Assembly: GCA_008632985.1 (NCBI GenBank)
Contig: QPGO01000133.1
Span: 124,001 to 188,000 of the forward strand
Direction of reading: 5' to 3'
Length of the DNA stretch: 64,000 nt
DNA from: Psammoneis japonica
Taxonomy: Eukaryota
In this document: positions 23,000 to 34,227 of the stretch, in pieces
How the letters are laid out: each line of letters opens with the position of its first letter
How positions within the stretch are numbered: the stretch's first letter is position 1
The notes under the pieces: model-generated
Database searches by the model: none
What the model was told of the DNA's origin: nothing
What the model saw: the letters and a program-made list of their open reading frames with translations, nothing else
Position numbers and translations under genes: made by a program

Positions 23000-25900
23000 G
23001 GACGGTTGGCAAGTTGGCTGGCTGGTCTTATGGAAGGTTCTCTTGGTGACGATGCCTTTTCTGTGCTGAAATCATTGAGAACAACTGAGAGTGCGGCCCT
23101 GTCAGAGCAGCGCAACAAGAAAAGAAATGGACAAAATTTAATGTCATGGAAGGCGGTTTGCCCAGGTGAAAACACTCTCTGATTTTGTTGTGGCACATGG
23201 CACCACTCTGGTGCTTTGTCTCAGTCAGGCAGCAGCAGGGTGGCTTTCTTCTTTGGCCATTGTCGCGCATTTTGTGCATCATTGCATCTAAAACATGGTG
23301 ACAATGCAGAGAGTCCCAAGCCACTTGCTCTTTTTGCAGTTGGCTTGCAGAGTGACCAAAACCCTTTTGGGTGGTGTCTTGAGCTTGCTGCTCTCTTTTC
23401 GGTGCATCTGGGAGAGTGAAGTCATTGTGCCATTTTCTTTGCAGTGCAAGAAATTCTGCACCCAACACCTCAAAAAATTCTCTCCCAGCACCTTCCACAT
23501 GGTGTCCAGCAAGACAGGTTGTGTGCTTGCATGCATGGAGATTTTTGCATGCAATGTGAAGTGCCCGCAGCAAACCACAAATGAAAAAAAGATTTTGAAG
23601 AGACCCAGGGGGGCACAGGTTTGCCGTGGCTTCTTGTGGGGCGCTTTTGTCCAGCCAAGCACTCACAAGGGTTGCTTCACACCCCTTGATGCCTTTCATT
23701 GCACCCAATTCTGCCTGCTCAGGATCTGCTTTCATCACATGTTTGTGGGTCATGCAGGTCTTTGGCATGCAAGGCCAGCTGTGCGCCAGCCTTGCACTGC
23801 CACCCCAAGTGTTGTCAACCATGCATGCTTTGGACATTGCATGCTTGCTTGGCACCTTTGTTTGAGTGAATGAGGGCATGTCTGCTGTTGCTGCATGTGC
23901 AACGTCAATGCTCTTTGACTTGCAGTGATGACTCTGGGAGATTGGCAGCTGCCCCTTTGTCACAGAGTCAACCCAAAGATGGCATTTGGGGCTGGAAATG
24001 TTGTTGCATTTGGGTGGTTGTGTTTTTTGTTGAACACTCCAGTTGAAACACTGTGGCGGGAGAGCAGCACACAGCCAGCAGAGAGCAAGTGCAAGTTTTT
24101 GCACTGGTTTAAAATCATGGTTGGCTGCAAACCACACACTCGTCTGTTGGTGGGTGTGTGCATGTTTGCATCCAGTGCCAGACCCATGGTGCAAACATCC
24201 AGCTGCAAAATGGCTCACCAGCAACCTTTTCATGAGCATCAGCTGCTGGCACCAATTTGCCAAGCAAGCACTGCACATGGGCATGATGTTGCAGGCAGCT
24301 GCTTTCAAAGTGCTTTTTTGATGTGTGCGCACTTCCAAGTTTGGGGGGAGGAAGTGCTCCTCCAGCTCCAACTGGCACAATGTCCACAATTAAAAACAGA
24401 ACAAAATGTGGGCAAGTTTTGACAAGAGCACCAGCCTTGCTGTCTCTGCTGCGCTATGTTGCTGCCATTGTTTTCAAAAATGTTGGAGCTCACAGACAAT
24501 TGCTGGTGGCATCAGCACATCAGTTGGCACTGGATCCATCAGAGGCCCAAATCTGTGAATCCTCCCACCGGCAGACAACCAGACCCCAGTCTGCCCAAAA
24601 ACATGTGTGAGTGCAAGCATGCAAATTTGTTCATGACAAATCAGTCTGATTTGGCACAAATCACACCTGCTCATGACAAACTGCAGGTGTGATTTGCAAA
24701 CAACAAATGTCAAAGTTTGCAAGTCAAGATCTTGTCAACCCATGGTGAAATTTAACATGTGCTTGTGCCCACACAAAATGTTCAGCTGAACAGCAGTTGT
24801 CCAAAGTGCATCTTCTGTGATGGAGCACTGCCATGGAATCTCACATTGAACAATGAAAAATTCCAAATCTTTCAACTGACCAAGTCACTCACTTCTTGTG
24901 ATGTCTCGTTTAACTTGATCACCACCACGGATGTGAATGATGACACAAGTGCAGTTGTCTGGTGGTCTTGCAACTTCTGCACATCATCTGCAAAGAGAGT
25001 CGCCACTGGAGGCAATTCTTCTGCACACTCCCTGTGCTGCACTGTGATTGGTCTGAAGAAGCAGCCTTTTTTTCATTGCCAGCAGATTCTTCAGAAACAC
25101 TGGAAGAGGGGCCTGTGTTTGCTCGTTGTTTTTTGTTTCATGTGTTTGCCTGCGCTTGCTGTGGTGGCACTGCTTTGTGTGTCATTGCCTGCCCCCCCCC
25201 CCCCCCCCTTTTTTTTGTGCCTCTGTGTCATTGGAAATGGCAAAGCTGCTGACGTCAGTTTTGTGCCATGCTCAACATCAATTCCCCAGCAAAACTTGCA
25301 GGGAAATTTGTCTTTGCACAATGTGCTTGTTTGATCTGGGTGTTTTGTGCCAAGCGCAAGTGTGGTGCTGAGAAAAGCTTCTTCTTTGACATGGTCTTTC
25401 ACCTTGATGATGTCTCTGCCAGCCTTTGATCATCGGCCATCTGCTTCCTCAGATTGGTCTGTCTCTGAGCCACAGTCAGCACAACATTTGCTCTTTTTTT
25501 GCATCATGTGTTTGCCTGCACTTGCCATGGTGGTGCTGCTTTGCATGCCGTTGCATGCTGCCCCCCCCCCCCCCCCCCTTTTGTGTTTTCTCTTGACTTG
25601 AAAAAGTGGCATGGACTCAAAATTGCACCCCTGAGTTTCAAAAACATTTCAACTGTTTGTGACTGCATGTGTGAATGATGACACAAATGGAATTGTCTGT
25701 GGTTGTTTCACCTTCTGTGTGTCATCTGCGTGGAGAGTCACCCCACAAGAGGCGGCTCTTTGGCGCTTCCTGTGCTGCACCATGATTGGTCACAAGAAGA
25801 GGCCTCTTCCTCATTGCCAGCAGCTTCTTCAAAATCACTGGAAGGGAGACCTGCTGATGCTTGTTCCCACATGCTGCCATTTTCTTGAGCCAAGTCAAAA

Positions 25901-27850
25901 GAGAGTTGTCATGGCAGTCGGGAGATTTCTCCACACTGCCTGTGGGGGGTGGGTGCACAAATCTCACCCTCTGTCAACAATCTGTCAAAACAAAGAAAGC
26001 AAAAATGGTGGGGTGAAATTCATGCAGAAGTCTTGTGGAGAGGAAAAAAATGGCAACAGAAGCCACTTCACACAATGGACCCAACTGAGTTGTGGGAGCT
26101 CACCCACTGTTGACATTGCTTTGACTTTGCCAAAGCCAGAAAAAGTTGACAGACAGAAAATTTGCACAAAAAAACATCACACAGAGGACAAACAAATTGC
26201 AGTGCAAGTTGCTTCACATGATGAACCAAGAGGATTTGTGGCTGCCTTGCTGCGGGCATTGCCCCAACAAGCAAGCATGTCAACATCCAACGTGAAAGCA
26301 CCAAGTGCAAAAATTTCATTGACACCTTTGACAAACTCCCAAACAGAAATGTCTGTGGCAACAATTGGGTGGTGCAGCTGCACAGATTTGAGAATGAGAA
26401 AACCGTGCAAGACTGGCACCGCTGTTGTTGCACCATGGCTGGCCAAGCTGGCAACTTGGAAACTCAGCAACAAAAACAGTTTGCAGCCAGTTGAGCAAAA
26501 TGAGAAATGGCTTGCACTTGCACGCAAATGGCAAGGTTTCATTGTTGTTGCTTGCACACATGTGTTGGAGGCAGATCAGATTGAAATGCACTGCCCAAAG
26601 CAGAAAAAGACTTGCCGTGCTTCCCATGCATGAAAAGAAACAGCAGCCAGCTTGTCTTTGTGGCCACTTTTCCATGTCTCTGGAAGCAGATCCAAGGCAA
26701 ATTTGGTCATGGGGCAAATGCCAATGAGCAAACATGCACTCCAATCAGAGATGGGCCTGCACAACAAATGTTTGAGAGTGCGCTCACCTGGCCAAAGTGC
26801 CGAATGATGCCCTGCGACTCAGCACACACCCTTTCTTGCCTCTCTGATGTCACCCACTTCTCCAAAGCCAGATTTTTGACAATGCTGCATCCAACACAAT
26901 TGCCTGAAACCTTTTGACTCTGTTGGCCAATTGTGCACCACCCTGACAGTTGCCAAGGCAGCAAAGCTGTTGTTGCGTCTTTCCAACAAAAGGTGTGGGG
27001 ACTTTGAGACATGCTGTGAGCCAGGGTTGGCACCCCTTTGAACAAAACAACAGCTTTGTTCACACAATGCACAAGTGCACCAGTTGGACAGAAGGTGCTG
27101 CCCCACCAAAGGAGAAGGGAAGATCTGAGAGAAAGTGCAGCTGAAGAGATCAATCTTGTGCTCACAAAGCTGCTGCTGCGCAGCACCACATGCGCTTGCC
27201 CAAGTTTTCTGCACAAGAGAAGTGGTGCTCTGTGTCTCCAAATCTGACTCAAAAACAAAACATGGAAAATTCCACCTCAAGTGCCCAGAGTGCAGGAGGT
27301 CAAGGAGGAGCTGCTCTTGCCTGCAGTGTGCGCCACCATGCCAATCTGTCATTTTTCTGGTGCAGCTGCATGTTGCAGCACATCACATCTCATCCTCTTT
27401 TTAAATCAAATGTCTTCACTGTTTGCAGCAATCTGTGCTTGCTGCTTGCCCTGATGCTGATGCTGCCTGGCACTGGGGGGCTGTGGCAGCGCTGCTTCGC
27501 ACAGCTCCTTTGTGTGAGTGTGGGAGCACTCTGTGGCGGCGCAGCTGTGCGCTGCTGAGCTCTCATTTTGCAACAAATGCAGGTGTCAAGTGTGAGACAC
27601 AATGGTGCACACACAAAGAGCTCAAGCAAAGGTCAGTGTGTGGTGCCAAAAGTGCCACCCCCCCTCTCTCAAATGCCGCGTTTTGGCAGCTTGTTTGATT
27701 TTCAAAAAAGGCTGGTGGCACTGCCACAGCTTTTGCATGGAATTTCAGTGTTTTTCTGCAGCATGAAAAAGGATTTTCATTGGACTTTGTGGACACATGT
27801 CAACCATCTGCTGTGTCTGCCAAATGCCACAAAGTCCACAGCTGCCAGCT
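23000..27850. mobile_element. Degenerate TpA/CpG-depleted domain with internal diverged repeats
   Basis: By-eye count for 23221-23820: 1 TA and about 7 CG in 600 bp. Tyr-free spurious ORFs up to 453 aa. Confidence 0.7.
24915..25870. repeat. Two pairs of diverged direct repeats with poly-C tracts
   Basis: About 24930-25130 matches about 25670-25865. About 25138-25225 matches about 25504-25595, each ending in a long C run. Confidence 0.8.
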
Positions 27851-29330
27851 CAGAGAGTGTGCTTTAAGTGAGAACCAGATGTTTGTGGGGTCGGCAGTTG
27901 TGGTGTTGGGGAAATGGGTGGCGGAGGGAGCGTGCGGAGCGCGCTGGGAGAGGGAGAGAAAAAGGGTTGGCCGAGGGTGCGGACGGATGGTCGGGAGGAG
28001 GAGTTGGTGACGGAGGGATGGCGGAGGAGGAAAGCTTGATGTGCAGAGAGATGGTTGGAGAGAGCAAAGCCAAAGTCAAGGCTGAGGGTTTGGGAAGCCC
28101 AAAGCAGGGGTGTGGCAGCATGGCAGGAGGAGCCGAAGTGGGCGGGGGAAAGTTGTTTCCAGGCCGCGTTAGATTGGGTGAGGAGGTTGGAAGGAGCTAA
28201 AAGGGAGTTGGTGAAGGCAGAGAAGGATGCTTGAGAGTTAGAGAAAGAGGATGGATGGGGCCAGGGTGGTTTGGGGGGGAGGGGGGGGGGCAGAGGAGGA
28301 GGTGGTGGTGGAGGCACCAAAAAAGAAAAGATGGAAGTGGCATCCGATGCCTCCCAGGTGATTGAAGGCAAAAGGGAGGAGGAAGAGGCCTGCTTGGTTG
28401 ATGGCGTTGATGATGTCAGAACCGTGGGCGGAGGATGTAGAGCGGCCGAGGAGCTTGTCCCGAGTGCTGCTGAGGTGAGCCTTGCCAAGTGGGTTTTCAG
28501 GGACAGGCAAACCAGGTGCAGGAGGCGGGGGAGCGGGCGGCACGGTGACATCAATTGCCATGAATTGATGGGTGGATGGGGCGTCTGGTGGTGTGAAGCC
28601 GGGGGTGAGTTGGGCGCCAACGTCGGCGGGGGCATTTTAAAGGGTGGTCGGGTGGGAGTCCAACAGGGTCAAGGTAGACTTGTTGGCGGGATCGGCAGAG
28701 GCCGCACAGAGGACCAAGGGTCTCGATGATTGTGTGGGCCGTGTCGCGGATGTGGTTGGATGGGGGGCCTTTGTGCATTTTGGAGCAAGCAAAGGCGTGA
28801 TCGCCGCATGGGTCGGGGCGGGCATGACCACATGGGCAGTTGTGTTGGGAGAGGTTGGGTGGGATGATGGGGAGACGGAGCTTGTGCAAGAGGAGGATCG
28901 TGAAAAGATGGGGCGGAAGGCGATTGGAGGGTGGGGGATGCGGGATGGGGAGTGAAGGCATGGGCTTGTGAGGGGCGACAGCAGGGATGGGAGTGTCGGT
29001 TGGATGGAAGGATCGGCGAGGATTAAGGGGAGGGTGTGGTGTGTGTGATGGTGCAGGTGGAGGCGCTGTGAGAGACTGCGCAGGTTGTGGCATTCGACAG
29101 CGTGCGAAAGGGAGGCAAAAGAGGGGGAGTCGAGCTTGAGAAGGGTGGGAGCGCAGTGGCGGAAGATTTGGCAGAGGGAGAGGGTGGAGCGGGGGTTGGA
29201 CCATGAACCGAGAGTGGAAGAGCGGCTTGAGGGAAGGTGGAAGATGGCGCCACCGGTTAGTGGGATGCCATGTTTGGTGTAGCGGATGGAGCGGAGGAGC
29301 ACATCCAGCTCGATCCCCACAGAACTATTT
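27850..29330 (-). mobile_element. 5'-truncated RLE-type non-LTR retrotransposon relic (CRE/Ambal-like), element 2
   Basis: KLRLPI...CPCGHARPDPCGDHAFACSKMHKGPPSNHIRD (CCHC knuckle), then PADVG, AIDVTVP and LLPFAFNHLGGIG. Homologous to element 1, with several frameshifts. Confidence 0.8.
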
Positions 29331-30065
29331 TTTCAATCTTGACGGGCAGGTGACTGCTCATTTCAAGGAACTTAAGACACACAAACAGACACACGCGGCG
29401 CGATGATTGCGCTCGCGGAATCGATAGTGCCAAATTCACTGTACAATCCTACATACGTAAAATTCAATAGTCATTTCTCTTAGAAACTGTCACGACTGAG
29501 AAAAATGGCGGGAAAATGAGAGCATGTCAAGCCTGCCAATCATCTGTCTTTGGCCAATCAAATCGTCTCAATTTCAAATCCATCCAATCAAATTGATTCC
29601 TGTTCGAATTCATGGTCGCGCTTTCAATAATTCTCGTTCCATTACTGCATCTACGATCATAACGTTGTATCGTAGACTCCAGTACAAATCGCCGTGCAAG
29701 TTCATCGTTCCCGCCCTTTTGGCTGGGTGTTCGCATCGCCATCTGCTTCAATTCACTCCGAACGAAAGAACACCACAAAAATCGCAAGATCGGTGACGTG
29801 TAGTACTTCTTTCTACATACGACGAGGGAGAGAAACGAGAAAGGTGAGACCAATCAACCTTGCTTTCTCACAACGAGCCAAGAAAGGTCAACAAGAGAGC
29901 TTTTCTTTCTCATTGTCAAGTGAGAGAAAGGTAACAGACTCAACAAGTGCTTCATCGATTCGATCGATTGTAGCAACGCACAACCAGTAGTTATTTCCTT
30001 ACTGTTTATCAATCGTGATTGCCTGAGCAGTAATCGCCTCTCTCACTCTCGAAGAAAAACAAAAC

Positions 30066-30755
30066 ATGAAGATTCTTACCATTAGCATTCCTTCGACAAG
30101 TATTATGGAACCAAGCAAAGCATCCGTGGACATTGTGGAATCTACTTCTTCTTCTCCACAGCATTTACCTCCAGACCTCGTGTCGACGTCCTCGTGCAGT
30201 GCCATCGATGACAACATTTCGGATATTTCCGAAGTCGACGCACGAGAACTCCTTCAAGAGCAGGATGAGAACAATGACGTTGAAGAAGACGAAGACGTAG
30301 AGATGAGGCCCAAGTCACCAAGATCCATCTTTTCAGATCACTGGTCCAGATCAGGGACAGAGCCCATTTCACTCAAGCACGCCAAGGAGCTCAAGAGAAC
30401 CGTCACGCTTCCTGCAGACTGGAAGCTCGACGATCATGACCAAGACGATCAAGCAGAGGAATCCGACGATGATACGGCCAAGCTCTACGAACGATCCATT
30501 TCGCAATCCGAAGACAAGTTGTTTCCCAATGCTTCGCTTCCGACATTACGGCCTCGGTCGTCACTGTCGTCGCTTGTCGTGCGAGCGTCCACGAGTGACT
30601 TGCTTCGCCCCAAGAAACTCAGCTCGTGCTTCAAGACGACGGCCACGTCCAACAAGAATCACGTGAAATTTGCTCCCAATGTTGACATTTTAGAATACAA
30701 GGAGGTTCGAGACCTTCCTAGTACCAATGAAGGATGGTCCAAGTACTTTCATTGA
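30066..30755 (+). CDS. Hypothetical disordered protein with RVxF-like motif
   Basis: 229-aa Ser/acidic ORF ending LSSCFK...HVKFAPNVDILEY...GWSKYFH. Confidence 0.7.
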   Translation: MKILTISIPSTSIMEPSKASVDIVESTSSSPQHLPPDLVSTSSCSAIDDNISDISEVDARELLQEQDENNDVEEDEDVEMRPKSPRSIFSDHWSRSGTEPISLKHAKELKRTVTLPADWKLDDHDQDDQAEESDDDTAKLYERSISQSEDKLFPNASLPTLRPRSSLSSLVVRASTSDLLRPKKLSSCFKTTATSNKNHVKFAPNVDILEYKEVRDLPSTNEGWSKYFH

Positions 30756-31209
30756 GGCATTTTTTGCTCGAAGCAATTTTTAATACTACTGCATACAGCC
30801 TAACATTTTGGGTATAAACAAGCTACTAAATTACATACACTTTTTTTAATCTACTCCTCTCTACCTTATGTTATCTCGTTGTAAACCTAGAACAATGGCA
30901 TTCGATGCCGTTCGAAAGCAAGCGCAATGGGCGTCAACAGACATCTGTCTGGCGACGGGGATTTATGCCGAAAGCGAATCTTCCCGTATCTCTCGGAGAA
31001 TCATGTCACTATGTAGAATCTTCAATACCCAATAATGGTAATTACCGTTGAATGGTTCTTTCTGCAACCCATGACGTCGACTGCATTAAAACAAAGACAT
31101 TATGCGAACCCAAAGGACATTCTTCGGGTTCGCAATGCCAACTTCGCTGAAGCGTGGTGACACGAACGGTTAAAACACGGAGCGGGTCATCATAATCCTA
31201 TGTATTATT

Positions 31210-32450
31210 GGCGTGTGTCCTTCAAGCTCAAGGGCAAGAAGCGCAGCGAGCCGAACCGAGCCGCAGCCACACGCAAGGTCATCATCCGATTTCAATCTTT
31301 CCAGTCGGTGTCGGTCGCCACATCATGTTCCTGCTCTCTCTCCTCCTCGTTCTCTTCCTCACCAGATGAGCCATCTGTGTGTGGTGTGTGTGTGTGTGTG
31401 TGNNNNNNNNNNNGGGGGGGGGCAATCAGCCTCTTTGGATGCCGCCACATGTCGTCCGAAGTGTGGCGTCCTCTTCGCTGCCATGAAACACCTTGAGTGT
31501 GTTTGCAGCAGCACACGAGGCACCAATCCACACTGTTGCCTTGGCTTGTTGTGAGGACCTTAACAGGCAGTTCAAGAATTGAGAGTCTGCAAACTCGGCT
31601 GGGGGATCTTTTTCCTTTTTGAGCTCTTCTTTTCCATCGGCTGAAAATGCTTGTGACAAAGGTCACCTGTTCCAGCCCCAGGTGATGAGATTTTTGGAGC
31701 AGCTGGGCACATTGAACTCCTTTCAAAGTTGATCATTTCAAAAATCAAAAGGCGAGCATGCACAAAAAAACAAAAGTTTTGTGTGCACTGCCTCGCCCTT
31801 CGATTTGGGAAAAAAACTGACTTGAAGGCTGGCATTTGCTGCTGACACCATGGTTGTGTCATGCCAAACTTTGTTTTGCTGGGATTGTGCAGAGCAAGCT
31901 CTGATTCATGGTGCCTGAATTTGGTGGAATTGGCACACGCAACATTCCACCGTGCCCATTGCAACAGGCACAGAGACAGAAAACACTGCCATCCACAATG
32001 CAAAACTGCAGCTGAAAGGGCTGTTTTTAGAACTCTTTTTGGCTCCATGCACTCCAGCCTGAGCGGGCATTAAAAATCTAAACAGCACATCCAGATTCTG
32101 GTGAGCTCAATCTCCCTTGAAGACAAAATGGTCAAGACCACATGTCGCGCTGTTGTTCCTGCCTTGCATTGGCATGAGTTGCTCTTGCACCAAGCACTTG
32201 GCAGAAGTGGCAGCAAAGTCACCCTCACATTCAAAACAGAGGCCCATCAGCAAACCACTGGCACTCAAAACAAATTGATGCCCAACAGCACCAGAGATGT
32301 TGTCCTTCACATGTCTTGAGATCTTCAAGCCGCAGATTGTGTTCAAACTCGCATCACAGTGCAGGTTGTAATCATTGGCAATTGGGCAGATCTTGTTCCC
32401 GTCCCCACTGTTCATCATTTCATGCAAAAATTCTCTGCATGCTTTGTTGA
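31210..32450. mobile_element. Degenerate TpA-depleted domain containing a (TG)n run and an assembly gap
   Basis: TA nearly absent. (TG)n at about 31384-31402; 11 Ns at 31403-31413. Confidence 0.6.
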
Positions 32451-32680
32451 TGTACTGTACACTGCTTCAGCCTGCCGGATCTTCCTGCTCATGCACGTCG
32501 AGATATCTCGTTGCGTGTTGATTGCCTCGTCTTCACGTCAACAAACTATGGTATCGTACTAAGTTATCATAGAAGATCGTGCGTATGTATAGAATACAAT
32601 TGTCCACATTGTGTACTGAAGTGTGAACTGATATAACTTTAAATATATCAGCATCTACAACAACTAGGCTTCACCTTCGA

Positions 32681-33699
32681 TCAACTGCCTCGATACGCCA
32701 TTGCTCCTACGGCCACAACCGCGACTCCAATGGCCGCAACTATTGCCGGTGAAGGCCCTTGTTTAGTTGGGTTTGGAGGAGACGCTCCAAAGGCGGTTCC
32801 ATCCGACCAAGTTTTCTGTCTCTGTAATAACCACTGTTTGAAATCCATGGCATCGGGTACCACTTGACGAAACTCGCGCATTTCCTTGGACCAATCGGCC
32901 TTGTTGGTGGTAGTTCGACATAACTCTACCATGGCATACAGATGCTTCAACACAAACCTCAAAATGAACCGAGGTGGTGCCGCTTGGTAGACACAGTCGA
33001 CACCCGATACCTCGGACAAGACCTGGACCAGCTCGTCACCCGTGTCTCGAGAGGTGATACATGACAATGTTTTGGCCTGCCATTCTTTCGGATTACCTGC
33101 CATGACTACAGCTGCTTTGCCCACATCCCGTGTCGAGACATGATTGACTTGGACCCATCCTTCGTAGAGGTCCTTGAGGTATCCGCGAGCCAGCGGGTTG
33201 TACACGGTTGGGTCGTCAAAGTTTTCAAAAAAGAGGACGACCTCAGAATCGTATATCGATCGAGTTTTAGAGTGACAATGTATTCTTCCAATTCTTTCTG
33301 AGCCTTTAAGTGAGCTGCTTGTTCGGGTGCCACATCGGCTAGCTCTGTAGATGTCAAAATGACATGGGGTGATGGTGTGGCGCGTTGGCAAGCATCGAGA
33401 ATGAGTTTCCCTTGCTCTACTTCCTTTGTTACCGAGTTGGAAATATCGTATTTGGTAATGCTAATCACCACTTGAGGCTTGGAAATTTCCAAAGCACGTT
33501 CAATCGAATTCTTGTCGCCATATTGAAAAGGGATGGGTGTGACTCCCTTGGACAACAAGGCAGGGTGTTTCTCGTTTCGAGAGGTACCGTAAATTTGATA
33601 CTTGTTGGTAGCTGTAAAGGCATCGATAATGCCACTGCCGAGCTTTCCAGTAGCAAGGAGGACAAGGACAGAAGGTTTGTTGGACTTGTCGTTGCTCAT
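32681..33699 (-). CDS. NmrA-like atypical SDR with C-terminal TM anchor (frameshift ~33240)
   Basis: VLVLLATGKLGSGII Rossmann start, EVEQGKLILDAC, H.KAQKELEEY, YTILR..FFENF and VSTRDVGKAA are spread over two overlapping ORFs. Confidence 0.8.
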
Positions 33700-33889
33700 G
33701 ATGTAGACTGTGAGTGCTGTTGAGATTGACTGTGGATCGAGTGCTATGAGCTATCGTCGATGTTTTTCTTTGAAGGTTGGAGCCAAAAAAGATACCATCT
33801 TTCAGTCATGCATAGGTACCTCCCGGGTTACGAGGCAAAAAATAAGTTCTGCCCAGCGTACGAATTACCGTGCGCTCCTATTGTCTATC

Positions 33890-34050
33890 ATCTGCTCTCT
33901 ACTCTCTAGAGAGTAGATCTCTCTCTCTCTCTCTCTACTCTACCGTAGAGTAGGGCCCTGCGGTACTCTCAAGAGTAGAGATTAGCTGTCCGGGAACCGG
34001 GAATAGCATAGCTAGTAGAGCCTTAGCTGTTAGACCTCTGTACTCTAACA
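33890..34050. repeat. CTA/TAG/(CT)n-rich low-complexity intergenic tract
   Basis: actctctagagagtagatctctctctctctctctactctaccgtagagtag. Confidence 0.7.
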
Positions 34051-34227
34051 TACCCACGGTCCCCCGCTCTCCAGGAATGAACACCCTGTCGTCTGCTCTC
34101 TGGCAGCGCCGTGTACAGAAAATACAAGTAGCAGAAAGATTGAAATAAAATACATAACTATACAAGGTATTTGATCTCCACTACGTTCGTAGAGTTAACT
34201 TGAAGCTTTTGCAGTGGTGGCGCCATC

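Noticed and set aside
23028..24389. 453-aa ORF (also 25659..26633 and many 100-200 aa ORFs in the depleted domains)
   Set aside because: Tyr-free, Cys/His-rich and with no recognisable motifs. Long ORFs arise in all frames because TAA/TAG stops are depleted.
31403..31413. N run
   Set aside because: Assembly gap beside a (TG)n/poly-G tract, not biological.
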